A stretch of DNA of 64,000 nucleotides from an uncultured Chloroflexia bacterium (GCA_963726245.1 CAVSBT010000025.1:1-64000), one strand, 5' to 3'. Positions 19,102-29,630 are shown, numbered from the stretch's first letter. A program made the numbers and translations. The notes: a model not told the origin generated them from the sequence alone.

Positions 19102-20619
19102 GTGAGGCGAGTCGAGTACAAGTGGCGCGTGGCCATCGTCTTTCTCTTCGGGATCTTCATGGCGCTGCTGGACCAGACGATAGTCAACGTCGCGCTGCCC
19201 ACTTTTGCCATAGATTTCGCGGCTCCGCCTACCACTATCGAATGGGTGGTCACCGGCTACCTGCTGAGCCTAGCCGTCTTCATCCCTATCAGCGGGTGGG
19301 CCGGCGACCGGTTCGGCACGAAGCGCACCTTCATGTTCGCCCTCACCATGTTCACATTGGGCTCGGCACTCTGTGTCGCTTCCTGGAACATTCACAGCCT
19401 GATCGCCTTTCGGGTCTTCCAGGGCATGGGCGGCGGCATGCTCACACCCGTCGGTATGGCCATGCTCTTCAGAGCATTCCCCCCGGCGGAGCGGGCGCAG
19501 GCCGGGGCGGTGCTCGCTATACCCATGATCGTTGCCCCGGCCAGCGGCCCGGTGCTGGGCGGCTACCTGGTGGAATACCAATCCTGGCACTGGATCTTCG
19601 CCATCAACATCCCCATCGGCATCGTGGCTCTCCTGACGACGGCGCTCCTTCTGCGCGAGGAGAAACAGGAGAAGCCCGGTCGCCTGGACATGCCGGGCTT
19701 TGTGCTCGCTTCCACCGGCCTCGCCACTCTCATGTACGCCCTCTCCGATGCGGGTACGCGCGGCCTGGGCGACACCCGAGTGATCCTGGTCGCTCTCGCT
19801 GGACTCGCTGTCCTCAGTGTCTTCGTCGCTGTCGAGATGCGGGTCGAGCAGCCCATGGTCGACCTGCGCTTGTTTCGGGACAAGCTGTTCAGAGCGGCGA
19901 ACGTCGTCCAGTACGTGAGCTTCGCGGGCTTCGCAGGGGCGCTATTCCTGCTGCCTCTTCTTCTCCAGGCAGAGATGGGGCTCAGCCCACTGCAGTCAGG
20001 CCTTACCACCTTCCCACAGGCCCTCGGCGTAGCCATGATGGCGCAGCCGGCCGCACGCCTCTACCGCCGCTTCGGGCCGCGGCGGATGATTACCATCGGT
20101 TTGATCGGCGCGACGCTGGCTACGCTTGCCTTTCTGCTGGTGGACCTGGAGACGAGTCAGTGGTGGATCCGGCTCATCATGCTCTTCCGCGGCTGGGCGT
20201 TCGCCTTCACGCTCATACCGATCCAGGTGGCGGTTTTCGCCACCATCCACCCCAGAGACACCGGCCGGGCGACGGCCATATTCAACGCTGGGCAGCAGGT
20301 CTCAGTGAGCTTCGGCGTGGCGATGCTGGCCACGGCGCTCACCAATCGGTTCTCGCACTACGGGGCGGCGCTCGGCAATCCCGCCACTCGGTCTGGGGCG
20401 CTGCTGGCCTTCCACGACGCGTTCGTACCTGCCATAGCGCTGTCAGCCCTCGGCGTGCTCCTCGCTGTGATCCTGATCGACGACAAGCTGGCGGCCGGCA
20501 CGATGCGCCCGGTCACGGCGCCCGGCAGCCGCGAGGTGCCCGCTGCTATGGGCACACGCCAACCGGATGCACCGGCCAGGCAAGCGGCGCAACCCTCGCC
20601 GGCCGATCCGCCGGAATAG
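19102..20619 (+). CDS. DHA2/EmrB-QacA family MFS transporter
   Basis: LDQTIVNVALP, GDRFG, FRVFQGMGGG, WIFAINIPIG. Confidence 0.95.
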   Translation: MRRVEYKWRVAIVFLFGIFMALLDQTIVNVALPTFAIDFAAPPTTIEWVVTGYLLSLAVFIPISGWAGDRFGTKRTFMFALTMFTLGSALCVASWNIHSLIAFRVFQGMGGGMLTPVGMAMLFRAFPPAERAQAGAVLAIPMIVAPASGPVLGGYLVEYQSWHWIFAINIPIGIVALLTTALLLREEKQEKPGRLDMPGFVLASTGLATLMYALSDAGTRGLGDTRVILVALAGLAVLSVFVAVEMRVEQPMVDLRLFRDKLFRAANVVQYVSFAGFAGALFLLPLLLQAEMGLSPLQSGLTTFPQALGVAMMAQPAARLYRRFGPRRMITIGLIGATLATLAFLLVDLETSQWWIRLIMLFRGWAFAFTLIPIQVAVFATIHPRDTGRATAIFNAGQQVSVSFGVAMLATALTNRFSHYGAALGNPATRSGALLAFHDAFVPAIALSALGVLLAVILIDDKLAAGTMRPVTAPGSREVPAAMGTRQPDAPARQAAQPSPADPPE

Positions 20620-20635
20620 GGGTGTTCTTAGCCGT

Positions 20636-21070
20636 TCAGACTGCGTCGTCCTGACGCGGGTACACGCGTGCCAGGGCTTCCTTCAGGTGGGGGACGGTCC
20701 GATAGCGGCCGAGGGCGCCGGGTCTTATCCAGCGGGCCTCGGTGTGCTCCCAATCGATGGCGATGGCCGCTCCCGGCCGCACGCGAAAGAGAAACGGATG
20801 CACGGTCCAGCGCGTGTCTAGCTCCAGGTCTTCGAAGGTAAGTGGTTGGCCGTCCCGCAAGAGCTCAACGCCGGCGGACGAGAGCCCTGTCTCCTCTTGG
20901 ACCTCGCGCCAGGCCTGCTTTTCGGGCTCGTCTTCCAGATAGCCGCTGACGCCGGCCCAGCGGCCCCGGTAGGTGCGGACGCGGCCGCTGCGCCGGAGGA
21001 TGAGCAGCTCGTCATGGCCGTGAGGCCCGGTTCGGAGGAGAAAGCAGGTGACGACAGACGTCTCGCGCAC
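20636..21070 (-). CDS. NUDIX hydrolase
   Basis: VVTCFL, RWAGVSGYLE...AWREVQEETG, DWEH. Confidence 0.88.
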   Translation of the reverse strand: MRETSVVTCFLLRTGPHGHDELLILRRSGRVRTYRGRWAGVSGYLEDEPEKQAWREVQEETGLSSAGVELLRDGQPLTFEDLELDTRWTVHPFLFRVRPGAAIAIDWEHTEARWIRPGALGRYRTVPHLKEALARVYPRQDDAV

Positions 21071-21209
21071 GGAACCGAGATGCTCCTTCCCCGAACCCAC
21101 AGTCCTGCCTGCAAGCCGCGCCGCGACTCTGGCTTGGGCGCGTCGACAGTGTAGACGACCTCGAGGGAAGACGGAAACGTGCGGCCTGAGAACTGCAAAA
21201 GGCGCAGCC

Positions 21210-21263
21210 TTGACAGGCGTGCTCAGGAGAACGTAGACTTCTTCAAGAATCGTTCGTAAGAAG
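21210..21263 (+). promoter_or_regulatory. sigma70 promoter with overlapping Per/Fur-box-like palindrome
   Basis: TTGACA-N18-TAGACT, then CTTCTTCAAGAATCGTTCGTAAGAAG. Confidence 0.7.
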
Positions 21264-21280
21264 TATCGGGTTGCCATAAC

Positions 21281-21718
21281 ATGACAAGAACCGCAGACCG
21301 AGTTAAAGAGTTGGTGACAGCGCTGAGGGCGAAAGGGCATCGCCTTACGCCTCAGCGACTGGCCGTTCTTCGCGTCCTCGTCGAAAGCCCTGACCATCCC
21401 AGCGTCGACCAGATCTACGAGAAGGTGCGACGGCAGCACCCGATGATCAGCCGCGCTACAGTCTACAAGACCGTGGAGACCCTCAAGGCGATGGCCGAGG
21501 TGCTGGAGATGGAGTTCAGCGGGGCCGGCAATCGCTATGATGGCAGGCGGGTTGAGCCCCACCCTCACCTCTTCTGTCGCGGCTGCGGGCGTATCGAGGA
21601 CCTGGAGCTCCCAGCCCTGGTGCGAGAGGCCGAAGAGGTGGCCGAGAAGACGGGCTATGAGCTCCTCGGCCATCGCCTGGACTTCTACGGGCTTTGCCCC
21701 GCGTGCCAAGGGGGATGA
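21281..21718 (+). CDS. perR: Fur-family regulator, PerR-like
   Basis: [30 protein letters not shown]; leads peroxide-defence genes. Confidence 0.85.
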   Translation: MTRTADRVKELVTALRAKGHRLTPQRLAVLRVLVESPDHPSVDQIYEKVRRQHPMISRATVYKTVETLKAMAEVLEMEFSGAGNRYDGRRVEPHPHLFCRGCGRIEDLELPALVREAEEVAEKTGYELLGHRLDFYGLCPACQGG

Positions 21719-21768
21719 GCTGTCGGGATGGCAGCTCGCAAGAGAAAACCGCAGGAGGTAGGAAGCCA

Positions 21769-23286
21769 ATGACAGAGAACAAGAAGCGCCTGACGACCAA
21801 CTTCGGCACCCCGGTCGACGATGACCAGAACACGCTGACCGCGGGAAGCCCCGGACCATCACTGCTGCAGGACGTACATCTTGTCGAGAAGCTTTCCCAT
21901 TTCGACCGCGAGCGCATCCCCGAACGCGTCGTGCACGCCAAGGGTGCGGGAGCCTATGGCTACTTCGAGGTCACCCACGACCTGACCCGGTATACCAGGG
22001 CCAAGTTCTTGTCGGCGGTGGGCAAGCGCACCGAGGTCTTCGCGCGCTTCTCCACCGTCGGTGGCGAGAAGGGCTCGGCCGACTCCGACCGCGACCCTCG
22101 CGGGTTCGCGGTGAAATTCTACACGGAAGAGGGAAACTATGACTTCGTGGGTAACAATACCCCGGTCTTCTTCATCCGGGACCCGCTGAAGTTCCCTGAC
22201 TTCATCCACACCCAGAAGCGCAATCCGGCGACCAACCTCAAGGACCCGGACATGTTCTGGGATTTCCTCTCCCTCACGCCGGAGTCCATCCACCAGGTCA
22301 CCATCCTCTTCTCCGATCGCGGTACGCCCAGAAGCTACCGCCACATGAACGGCTACAGCGGTCACACCTTCAAGTGGTATAACGGCCGGGGTGAGTACTT
22401 CTGGGTGAAGATCCACTTCAAGACTGAGCAGGGTATTCAGAATCTGGCGCGACAAGAGGCAGGGCTCCTGGCAAGCGATGACCCGGACCACGCTACCCGT
22501 GACCTCCGGCAGGCCATCGAGCGAGGCGAATACCCGGCCTGGAAGGTGTCCGTACAGATCATGACCCCGGAACAGGTCGACAAGTACCGCTTCGACTCCT
22601 TCGACATCACCAGGGTCTGGCCTCACGGCGACGCCCCGTTGGTGCCTGTGGGCCGCATGGTCCTCAACCGCAACCCGGAGAACTACTTCGCTGAGGTCGA
22701 ACAGGCTGCCTTCTCCCCAGGTAACCTCGTGCCTGGGATTGCCGCCTCGCCAGACAAGATGCTCCAGGGGCGCCTGTTCAGCTACCACGACACCCACCGC
22801 CACCGCCTGGGACCCAACTACCATCTACTGCCGGTGAACTCGCCTAAGGCTGCCCCGATGGACAACTACCAGCGCGACGGCTTCATGCGCTTTGACTCCA
22901 ACGGCGGCGGCAGCCCTAACTACTACCCCAATAGTTATGGCGGTCCCGCGCCTGACCCAACCGCGGCCGAGCCGGCCTTTGAAGTGTCCGGCAAGGCCGC
23001 GCGGCAGCCCTACACCCATCCGAACGACGATTTCGTGCAGGCGGGGGATCTGTATCGCAAGGTGATGACCGATGAGAACCGCGAGCGGCTCGTAGGCAAC
23101 ATCGTGGCCCACCTGGGAAAGGCGCAGAAGCGCATCCAGTTGCGCCAGACAGCCCTCTTCTACAAGGCCGATCCGGAGTACGGTCGTCGAGTGGCGGAGG
23201 GGCTTGGTCTGGATGTAAGGGAGGTCGAGCGCCTGGCCCCAATGTCCCATGAGGAACGGGCCAAGGCCACGGCGCAAGGAACCTAA
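21769..23286 (+). CDS. katA: monofunctional heme catalase
   Basis: [39 protein letters not shown]. Confidence 0.97.
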   Translation: MTENKKRLTTNFGTPVDDDQNTLTAGSPGPSLLQDVHLVEKLSHFDRERIPERVVHAKGAGAYGYFEVTHDLTRYTRAKFLSAVGKRTEVFARFSTVGGEKGSADSDRDPRGFAVKFYTEEGNYDFVGNNTPVFFIRDPLKFPDFIHTQKRNPATNLKDPDMFWDFLSLTPESIHQVTILFSDRGTPRSYRHMNGYSGHTFKWYNGRGEYFWVKIHFKTEQGIQNLARQEAGLLASDDPDHATRDLRQAIERGEYPAWKVSVQIMTPEQVDKYRFDSFDITRVWPHGDAPLVPVGRMVLNRNPENYFAEVEQAAFSPGNLVPGIAASPDKMLQGRLFSYHDTHRHRLGPNYHLLPVNSPKAAPMDNYQRDGFMRFDSNGGGSPNYYPNSYGGPAPDPTAAEPAFEVSGKAARQPYTHPNDDFVQAGDLYRKVMTDENRERLVGNIVAHLGKAQKRIQLRQTALFYKADPEYGRRVAEGLGLDVREVERLAPMSHEERAKATAQGT

Positions 23287-23349
23287 CAGTCCACGGCGAC
23301 CTACAAACGCGCCAAAGTTGAAGGCCAATTCTGGAAGGAGGGACCTACC

Positions 23350-23796
23350 ATGGCCAAGAGCCTGAAGGAGACGAAGAGTCTCGCAAACCTTAAGGTGGCG
23401 TTCGCCGGTGAGGCGCAGGCCAACCGCCGCTACCTCTACTTCGCCCGCCTGGCCGACATCGAGGGGTACGCCGACATCGGCGGCCTCTTCCGGGATACGG
23501 CGGAGGCGGAGACGGGTCACGCCTTCGGGCACCTCGACTTCCTGAAGGAGGTCGGCGACCCCGTGACCGACGTGCCCATCGGCACGACGGAGAAGAACCT
23601 GCGCTCCGGTATCGAGGGCGAGACCTACGAGTACACCCAGATGTACCCGGGCTTCGCCAAGACGGCCCGCGAAGAGGGCTTCGAGGAGCTGGCTGATTGG
23701 TTCGAGACCCTGGCCAAGGCGGAGCGCTCGCACGCCGGTCGCTTCACCAAGGGACTGGAGGCCGTCGCCGGCAAGGACCCCGCAGAGGCCATCTAG
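23350..23796 (+). CDS. rubrerythrin (short form, no rubredoxin domain)
   Basis: [24 protein letters not shown]...YPGFA, ERSHA. Confidence 0.95.
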   Translation: MAKSLKETKSLANLKVAFAGEAQANRRYLYFARLADIEGYADIGGLFRDTAEAETGHAFGHLDFLKEVGDPVTDVPIGTTEKNLRSGIEGETYEYTQMYPGFAKTAREEGFEELADWFETLAKAERSHAGRFTKGLEAVAGKDPAEAI

Positions 23797-23849
23797 ACCG
23801 GGTGCCGCCCGAGTATCGCAAGGGCGCCCCTGGACGAGCGGAGTTGGCC

Positions 23850-23880
23850 CGCTCATGGTGAGCTTGTCGAACCATGAGCG
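23850..23880. repeat. TGAGC..CGAA-type palindromic element
   Basis: CGCTCATGGT GAGCTTGTCGA ACCATGAGCG. Confidence 0.75.
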
Positions 23881-23917
23881 CGGTAATGTGCGCAGAGCGA
23901 GCATTCGGAGGTGAGCG

Positions 23918-25180
23918 ATGATTGTTGACCCCGTCTCCGAGGCCTACTGGGATGAGGGCACCTACGAGGCCGAATCCCGCCGCGTCTTCGGGATCTGCCA
24001 CGGCTGCCGCCTCTGTGTGACCATCTGTCCGGCCTTCCCGGCCTTGATGGACCTGACGGACGGCGTCGATGGCGAGGTCGACAAGCTGGGCGCCCGCGAC
24101 TGGACTCGGGTCATCGACCTCTGCTACCAGTGCAAGCTGTGCTACGTCCGCTGCCCGTACACGCCCCCGCACGAGTGGCAGGTGGACTTCCCCCGGCTCA
24201 TGCTGCGCGGTCAGGCCATCGAGGCGCGACGGCGGGGCGTGAAGCTCCAGGACCGCATCATGGGCAACACCGACCGCCTGGGTCGGGTGGGCGGCCTGAC
24301 GGCGCCGCTGGCCAACGCGGCCAACCGCATGGCCCCCACGAGGTTCATGCTGGAGAAGACGCTCGGCGTGCACCGGCAGCGCCTCCTCCCTCGATTCCAT
24401 ACCCAGACCTTTGCGGGCTGGTTCCGGGGACGGAAGCCCGCGCAGGCGCCGGCGGGGGAACGGAAGGTCGCCCTCTTCTACACCTGCTACGTCAACTACA
24501 ACGACCCCCAGGTCGGGAAGGCCTGCGTCGAGGTGCTGGAGCGCAGCGGTGTCGCCGTCTCCTGCCCCGAGCAGCGGTGCTGCGGGATGCCATTCCTGGA
24601 CAGCGGCGACATACGGGCGGCCCAGGAGAAGGCCCGCTTCAACCTGCGCTCGCTTCTCAAGGCCGTCGAAGAGGGCTGCGACATCGTCGTGCCCGGGCCC
24701 ACCTGCGGCTACACCCTCAAGCAGGAGTACCCCCGCCTCCTGGGAGCGGAGGCGGAGCCCGTGGCCTCCCGCACCTACGACATGTGCGAGTACCTGATGC
24801 GGCTGCACCAGCAAGGGGCGCTCAACACCGAGTTCGGCAGCAGCCCGGGCAAGATCGCGTACCACCTGCCCTGCCACCTGAAGGCGCAGAACATCGGCTA
24901 CAAGTCGAGAGACCTCATGCAGCTCATCCCGGGCGCCTCGGTGGAGGTGGTGGACCGCTGCTCCGGCCACGACGGCACCTGGAGCGCCAAGAAGGAGTAC
25001 TTCGAGCTCTCTCTGAAGGTCGGGCGCCGCCTCTTCGAGGACATACGCGAGGCTCAGCCGGCGCTGGTGGCCAGCGATTGCCCGCTGGCCGGAATCCAGA
25101 TCGAACAAGCCACCGGCATGCGGCCGGTGCACCCGGTTCAGGTGCTCCAGGCCGCCTACGGGCCGGAGAAAGCGGAGTGA
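23918..25180 (+). CDS. Fe-S oxidoreductase with CCG domains (GlpC/HdrD-like, rubrerythrin-associated)
   Basis: CHGCRLC..ICP, CYQCKLC.VRCPY, CCGMP, RCSGH. Confidence 0.92.
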   Translation: MIVDPVSEAYWDEGTYEAESRRVFGICHGCRLCVTICPAFPALMDLTDGVDGEVDKLGARDWTRVIDLCYQCKLCYVRCPYTPPHEWQVDFPRLMLRGQAIEARRRGVKLQDRIMGNTDRLGRVGGLTAPLANAANRMAPTRFMLEKTLGVHRQRLLPRFHTQTFAGWFRGRKPAQAPAGERKVALFYTCYVNYNDPQVGKACVEVLERSGVAVSCPEQRCCGMPFLDSGDIRAAQEKARFNLRSLLKAVEEGCDIVVPGPTCGYTLKQEYPRLLGAEAEPVASRTYDMCEYLMRLHQQGALNTEFGSSPGKIAYHLPCHLKAQNIGYKSRDLMQLIPGASVEVVDRCSGHDGTWSAKKEYFELSLKVGRRLFEDIREAQPALVASDCPLAGIQIEQATGMRPVHPVQVLQAAYGPEKAE

Positions 25181-25183
25181 GGA

Positions 25184-25763
25184 GTGGAGAGGATAACGCT
25201 GGCAGACATCAAGAAACTGCCCGAATACGAAGCGATGCGCGACGCCATGCGCACCCACGTCATCGACCTCAAGCGGCTGCGGCGGGTGTCCCTGGGCGAC
25301 CGCATCAGCCTGGTCTTCGAGAACCGCGAAACGGCGCTCTACCAGATCCACGAGATGATGAGAGCAGAGCGCATAACCGCTCCCGATGCCATCCAGGCCG
25401 AGATCGACGTCTACGGGCGCTCGGTCCCCGAGGGCAATGAGCTCAGCGCTACCATGTTCATCGAGATCACGGAGCAGGACTCGATACGCTTGCTGCTCGA
25501 CCGGCTCATCGGGGTCAATGAACGGCTGCGCCTGCGTATAGGCGAGGGCCACATTATCCCGGGGGTGTTCGAGCCGGGCTGGAGCCGCGAGGACCGCATA
25601 GCTGCCGTCCAGTACGTGAAGTTTCCCTTCTCGCCTGAGCAGGCTGGAGGCCTTCAAGAGCGGGCGCGAGCCCGTCTTCATCGAGGTGGACCACCCCAAC
25701 TACCAGGCCAGCACCAGGATCGAGGGGGCGGTTCGGCAGGAACTGGCGCGTGACCTGGAGTAG
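25184..25763 (+). CDS. DUF3501 family protein (frameshift near 3' end)
   Basis: RRVSLG...FEN...YQIHEMMRAE, ELSATMFIE, DHPNY; TAG at 25761. Confidence 0.9.
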
Positions 25764-25784
25764 CCCTCCGTCCGAAAGCCACCG

Positions 25785-25810
25785 GGGCCGAGCTGAAGCT
25801 CGGCCCCTAC
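25785..25810 (-). repeat. GTAG-REP-like palindrome
   Basis: Reverse complement GTAGGGGCCGAGCTTCAGCTCGGCCC, identical to the 56868 copy. Confidence 0.88.
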
Positions 25811-25848
25811 AGGATATGCCCCAGCGTTCAGCTGGCTCATGCGCCCGA

Positions 25849-26685
25849 CTAGCCGCCGCCCGCCGCCAGCAGGGGCGCCGTCGCCGCCTCTACCTCCGGC
25901 GAGAGGTCATAGCCGTGGATCGTGTGGCCGCGGGATGTCACAACCCTCAGGCCCTCGAAGCGCAGGCGTTCATCGGCGAAGGCGCGCAGGGTCGCCACAA
26001 TCAGCGGCAGCTCGCGGGTCGCCCCCTGACGGCGTATCTCCTTGAACAGCGCGTTCTCTTCTCCCTCCGCTGCCTTGACCTCGTCCAGCGAGCGGCCCTC
26101 CACCTTGCGCCAGAGAGGGTCCAGCGTGGGACCGCGCAGCGGGTAGGTGCAGTAGGTGACGGTCGGGCCGCGGTCCAGTTCCGTCGTGCAGAGGAAGATG
26201 GTAATGCCCGACTTCTCGGCGCGTTCGGAGATGAGCTCCCAGATGACCTCCTGCCATATGCCGACGGGCCCGCCGGGGGCGGCCGGGTGCAGGTTGAGGA
26301 GCGGCCAGCGCTCGCAGATGACATCGGTGAAGACGAGCATGAAGCCGGCCAGCATGCCCAGGTCGAACGGGTAGGGTTCGATGAGGCGGGCCACCTCGCG
26401 GTCGTAGTCCTGGCGCCAGGGGAGCAGGGGCTCGCCGGCGCGGACCACGGGCAGGCCGCGCTCCCGCCGGAAGCGGCTGTAAGAGAAGGTGACCAGAGGC
26501 AGGCCGTAGGACTGCACCAGATCGAAAAACTGGTCGGTGGGCTCGGCCTCGCCGCGCTCGCGGTTGCTGAAGACGAAGGCAATCTCGGCCTTGAGGTCGC
26601 CTTTCTGTATGGCGTCCATGGCGGCCCTGAGAAGCGCCTTCGACCCTTCGCCGCGACCCGTGGAGAACCAGCCGATTCGGAGCAT
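25849..26685 (-). CDS. formyltransferase, PurN-like
   Basis: GWFSTGRG, FVFSNR, LAGFM, LNLHP, ELDRGP. Confidence 0.8.
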   Translation of the reverse strand: MLRIGWFSTGRGEGSKALLRAAMDAIQKGDLKAEIAFVFSNRERGEAEPTDQFFDLVQSYGLPLVTFSYSRFRRERGLPVVRAGEPLLPWRQDYDREVARLIEPYPFDLGMLAGFMLVFTDVICERWPLLNLHPAAPGGPVGIWQEVIWELISERAEKSGITIFLCTTELDRGPTVTYCTYPLRGPTLDPLWRKVEGRSLDEVKAAEGEENALFKEIRRQGATRELPLIVATLRAFADERLRFEGLRVVTSRGHTIHGYDLSPEVEAATAPLLAAGGG

Positions 26686-26689
26686 GCTG

Positions 26690-27365
26690 CTATCCTTGGG
26701 AAGTGTACGTCGGCCGGAGGCCCAGGCGCCAGCGGAGCTTGGCCAGGGTGCTGATGGCGTGGACCAGCGGATTGGCGCGTCGCCCCACGACGCGCCCCTG
26801 CCGTAGCGCCTCCAGGAACTCCTGCGGCCCCTCGAAGTCCGGCATCTCGACGTAGGTCGTGCCCAGCTCCCACGGCGAGTGGGCGTCGCTGCCAGCGCCC
26901 ATGGGCAGCCCCAGCTCCTCGGCCAGACGCCGCGCCCGCTCGTTGTCGCTCCGAAACGTCGTGCGGGAGTTGAACACCTCGATGATGTCCAGGCGCGACA
27001 GGATGCGCTCGCGCGCCGTCTCGCGCAGGGGCTCGCGCCGCACGCGGTCGAAGGGGTGCGGCAGCGATACCAGGCCGCCTTGCGCCTTCACCCGCTCGAT
27101 CGTCTCCTCCGGCGTGAGGTTGGGAGGGATGGTCTCCTTCAAGAAGAGCCCTGTCAGCTCGCCCTCCACGGTCTTGATCTCCTCGGCGACGATGACCTTG
27201 AAGGGGGCGACGCGCTGCACGGCCAGGGCCCCCTCGACGTTGTTGTGCTCGGTGACGGCGAGGCAATTGATGCCCAGCTTCAGGCAGCGGCGCACGCACT
27301 GTTCGGTGCGAGGTGATGCTGTCCCGCGAGTAGTGGGTGTGGGTATGGAGGTCGGCCTTCAGCAA
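26690..27365 (-). CDS. PHP domain protein (frameshift near 5' end)
   Basis: DLHTHT.YS.D, TEHN, HPFD, EVFNSR, GSDAH. Confidence 0.9.
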
Positions 27366-27610
27366 AGCTCCTCCTCCGGTTCCTCGGGCTCCGGAGGTGC
27401 GGCGTAGGTGGCGAAGGCCTCCTTGAGGCGGGTGACCTTGAGCTCGGCGCCGTCGAGGATCTCCTGGCAGCGACGGGCCAGGTTCATGCCCTCCTCGTAG
27501 AGGGCGAGGGCGTCGTCCAGGCTGAGGCCGCCCGTCTCCATCTTGGCTACGGTCTCCTCCAGTCGCTGGTAGAGCTCCTCGAAGGTCTGCTGGTCCTTCT
27601 TTCGGGGCAC
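27359..27610 (-). CDS. xseB: exodeoxyribonuclease VII small subunit
   Basis: TFEE.Y.RLEE.V..ME.G.LSLD.AL..YEEG..L...C. Confidence 0.94.
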   Translation of the reverse strand: MPRKKDQQTFEELYQRLEETVAKMETGGLSLDDALALYEEGMNLARRCQEILDGAELKVTRLKEAFATYAAPPEPEEPEEELC

Positions 27611-27626
27611 GGCGTCATCCTCCCTG

Positions 27627-28886
27627 TTACGGGTCGAGCATGAGGAGGGGCTGCACACCCTCCCGGCGCTTCTCGCCCCTGCGGGCCCGCCGGCCGGACA
27701 GGCGGGTGCCGGCCGCCTTCTCGACGCGCACCGGGAAGCCGCCGTCCTTGACCCGCACCGAGAGCCGCTCGCCGCTGGTGACCTCGCCGACGCTGCTGAC
27801 GACGTGGCCGTCGCGCTGGACGAGCGCATAGCCGCGGGCCAGGGTGGCCTTGGGGTCGAGGGAGCGGAGCTGGCCGGCGAACCCCGATAGCCGCTCGCGG
27901 CAGCGCCCGAAGAGCGTCTCCAGGGAGGCGCTGGCCTGGCGCCAGAGGTCGTCGACGCGCTGGCGCTCGCGGCCCAGGTCGGGTATCAGACGCTCCATGC
28001 GGCCCACTGCCTGGCCGACGCCCGCGCGGCGGCCCTCGACCTCACCCCGGCAGCCAACGAGGAGTGAGGCGGCCAGTACGCCCAGGCGCACCGCGACCTC
28101 CAGGCGGTCGGGGGCGACCAGCTCGGCGGCGGCCGAGGGCGTGGGCGCCCGCAGGTCGGCGACGAAGTCGGCGATGGTGTAGTCGGTCTCGTGGCCGATG
28201 GCGGAGACGACGGGCACGCGGCTGGCGTAGATGGCGCGGGCCACGGGCTCCTCGTTGAAGGCCCAGAGCTCCTCCAGCGAGCCGCCGCCGCGGGCGACGA
28301 TGATGACTTCGATGGCCGCCTCGTCGTTGAGGGCAGCGAGCGCAGAGACGACGCCGGACGCCGCCTCCGGGCCCTGCACGGCGGTGGGGGCGAGGACGAC
28401 CTCGGCCAGGGGCCAGCGCCGCTCCAGGACGTTGCAGATGTCGTGGAAGACGGCGCCCACGGGCGAGGTGACGACGCCGATGCGGCGCGGGAAGCGGGGC
28501 AGAGGCCGCTTGCGGGCCTCGTCGAAGAGGCCCTCCTCCTCGAGTTGGGCCTTCAGGCGCTCGAACTGGGCGTGGAGGACGCCGACGCCCTCCGGCTGAA
28601 CGAAGTCGACATAAAACTGGAGATCGCCGCGCACCTCGTAGAGCGAGACGCGGCCGTGGGCGACCACCTGCATCCCCTGATCCAGCGGCGCGCCCATGTT
28701 GGGGCGGCGGAAGAAGACGCAGCGGAGCTGGGTGGTCTCGTCCTTCAGGGTGAAGTAGACGTGGCCGGCGGGGGAGCGGGTGAGGTTGGAGACCTCGCCG
28801 CTGATCCAGAGGTCGGCCAGGTGGGGGTTGGTCTCCAGCAGCTCCCGCAGGTAGGTGGTGACCTCAGAGACGGAGTAGACCTCCAT
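27627..28886 (-). CDS. xseA: exodeoxyribonuclease VII large subunit
   Basis: GEVSN, GHVYFTLKD, RGGGSLEELWAFN, GHETD, APTPSAAA. Confidence 0.96.
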   Translation of the reverse strand: MEVYSVSEVTTYLRELLETNPHLADLWISGEVSNLTRSPAGHVYFTLKDETTQLRCVFFRRPNMGAPLDQGMQVVAHGRVSLYEVRGDLQFYVDFVQPEGVGVLHAQFERLKAQLEEEGLFDEARKRPLPRFPRRIGVVTSPVGAVFHDICNVLERRWPLAEVVLAPTAVQGPEAASGVVSALAALNDEAAIEVIIVARGGGSLEELWAFNEEPVARAIYASRVPVVSAIGHETDYTIADFVADLRAPTPSAAAELVAPDRLEVAVRLGVLAASLLVGCRGEVEGRRAGVGQAVGRMERLIPDLGRERQRVDDLWRQASASLETLFGRCRERLSGFAGQLRSLDPKATLARGYALVQRDGHVVSSVGEVTSGERLSVRVKDGGFPVRVEKAAGTRLSGRRARRGEKRREGVQPLLMLDP

Positions 28887-29047
28887 CAATCCAGATTGTA
28901 CCCTTCTTGTCTCCCCTCCCCCAAGAGGTTCCACCCGGCCCACCCGACTTCATTGAAATCGAGGGGGCTTCGCCCCCTCGGTCTCCCCAAGGCCCCACAA
29001 CCTGGGCTTGTTGCGTGCCGTCTGGGGTGATAGCTGACCGGCGTGCT

Positions 29048-29611
29048 CTAGCTGCTCACCCGCTCCAGGTACTGGCCGCTGCGGGTGTCGACCTTGATCT
29101 TGTCGCCGGTGTTGATGAAGAGGGGCACGTTGCACCGCGAGGCCCGTCTCCAGCCGGGCGGGCTTGGTGCCGCCCTGGGCGGTGTCGCCGCGCACCCGGG
29201 GTCTGTCTGCGCCACGGCCAGCTCCACGGCTGCCGGCAACTCGACGCCGATGGGCTGGTCGCCGTAGAGGAGCACCTCGCAGATGGCGTTCTCCCGCAGA
29301 TACTGACGGGCGTCGCCGAGCTGGTCGGAGTTGAGGGCCATCTGGTCGTAGGTCTCGGTGTTCATGAAGTGGTGGACGTCGCCGTCGGCGTAGAGGTACT
29401 GGGCGGACAGGCGCAGGAGGCGGGCGCGGGCGAACTTCTCGCCGGCCTGGAAGGTGCGCTCGATGGTGTGGCCGGCCTTGACGTCGCGGAGCTTGAGGCG
29501 CACCTGGGCGCTGCCGCGGCCCATCTTGATGTGCGCATAGTCCACGATGGTGTAGAGGGTGCCATCGAGCTCTATGGTGATGCCCTTCTTCAGGTCGCTG
29601 GTGCTGATCAT
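29048..29611 (-). CDS. efp: elongation factor P (compensating indels near 3' end)
   Basis: KMGRGSAQVR, QYLY, FMN.ETYDQ, RGDTAQGGTKPA.LETG (in shifted frame), VPLFI..GD.IKVDTR.G.Y. Confidence 0.95.
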   Translation of the reverse strand: MISTSDLKKGITIELDGTLYTIVDYAHIKMGRGSAQVRLKLRDVKAGHTIERTFQAGEKFARARLLRLSAQYLYADGDVHHFMNTETYDQMALNSDQLGDARQYLRENAICEVLLYGDQPIGVELPAAVELAVAQTDPGCAATPPRAAPSPPGWRRASRCNVPLFINTGDKIKVDTRSGQYLERVSS

Positions 29612-29630
29612 GTCGTGCTACCCTCTCGTT

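Noticed and set aside
21716-21772. Selenocysteine/readthrough at the perR TGA, which is followed by a small hairpin
   Set aside because: PerR is complete at CPAC, the TGA is not at a Cys-equivalent position, and the extension has no recognisable features
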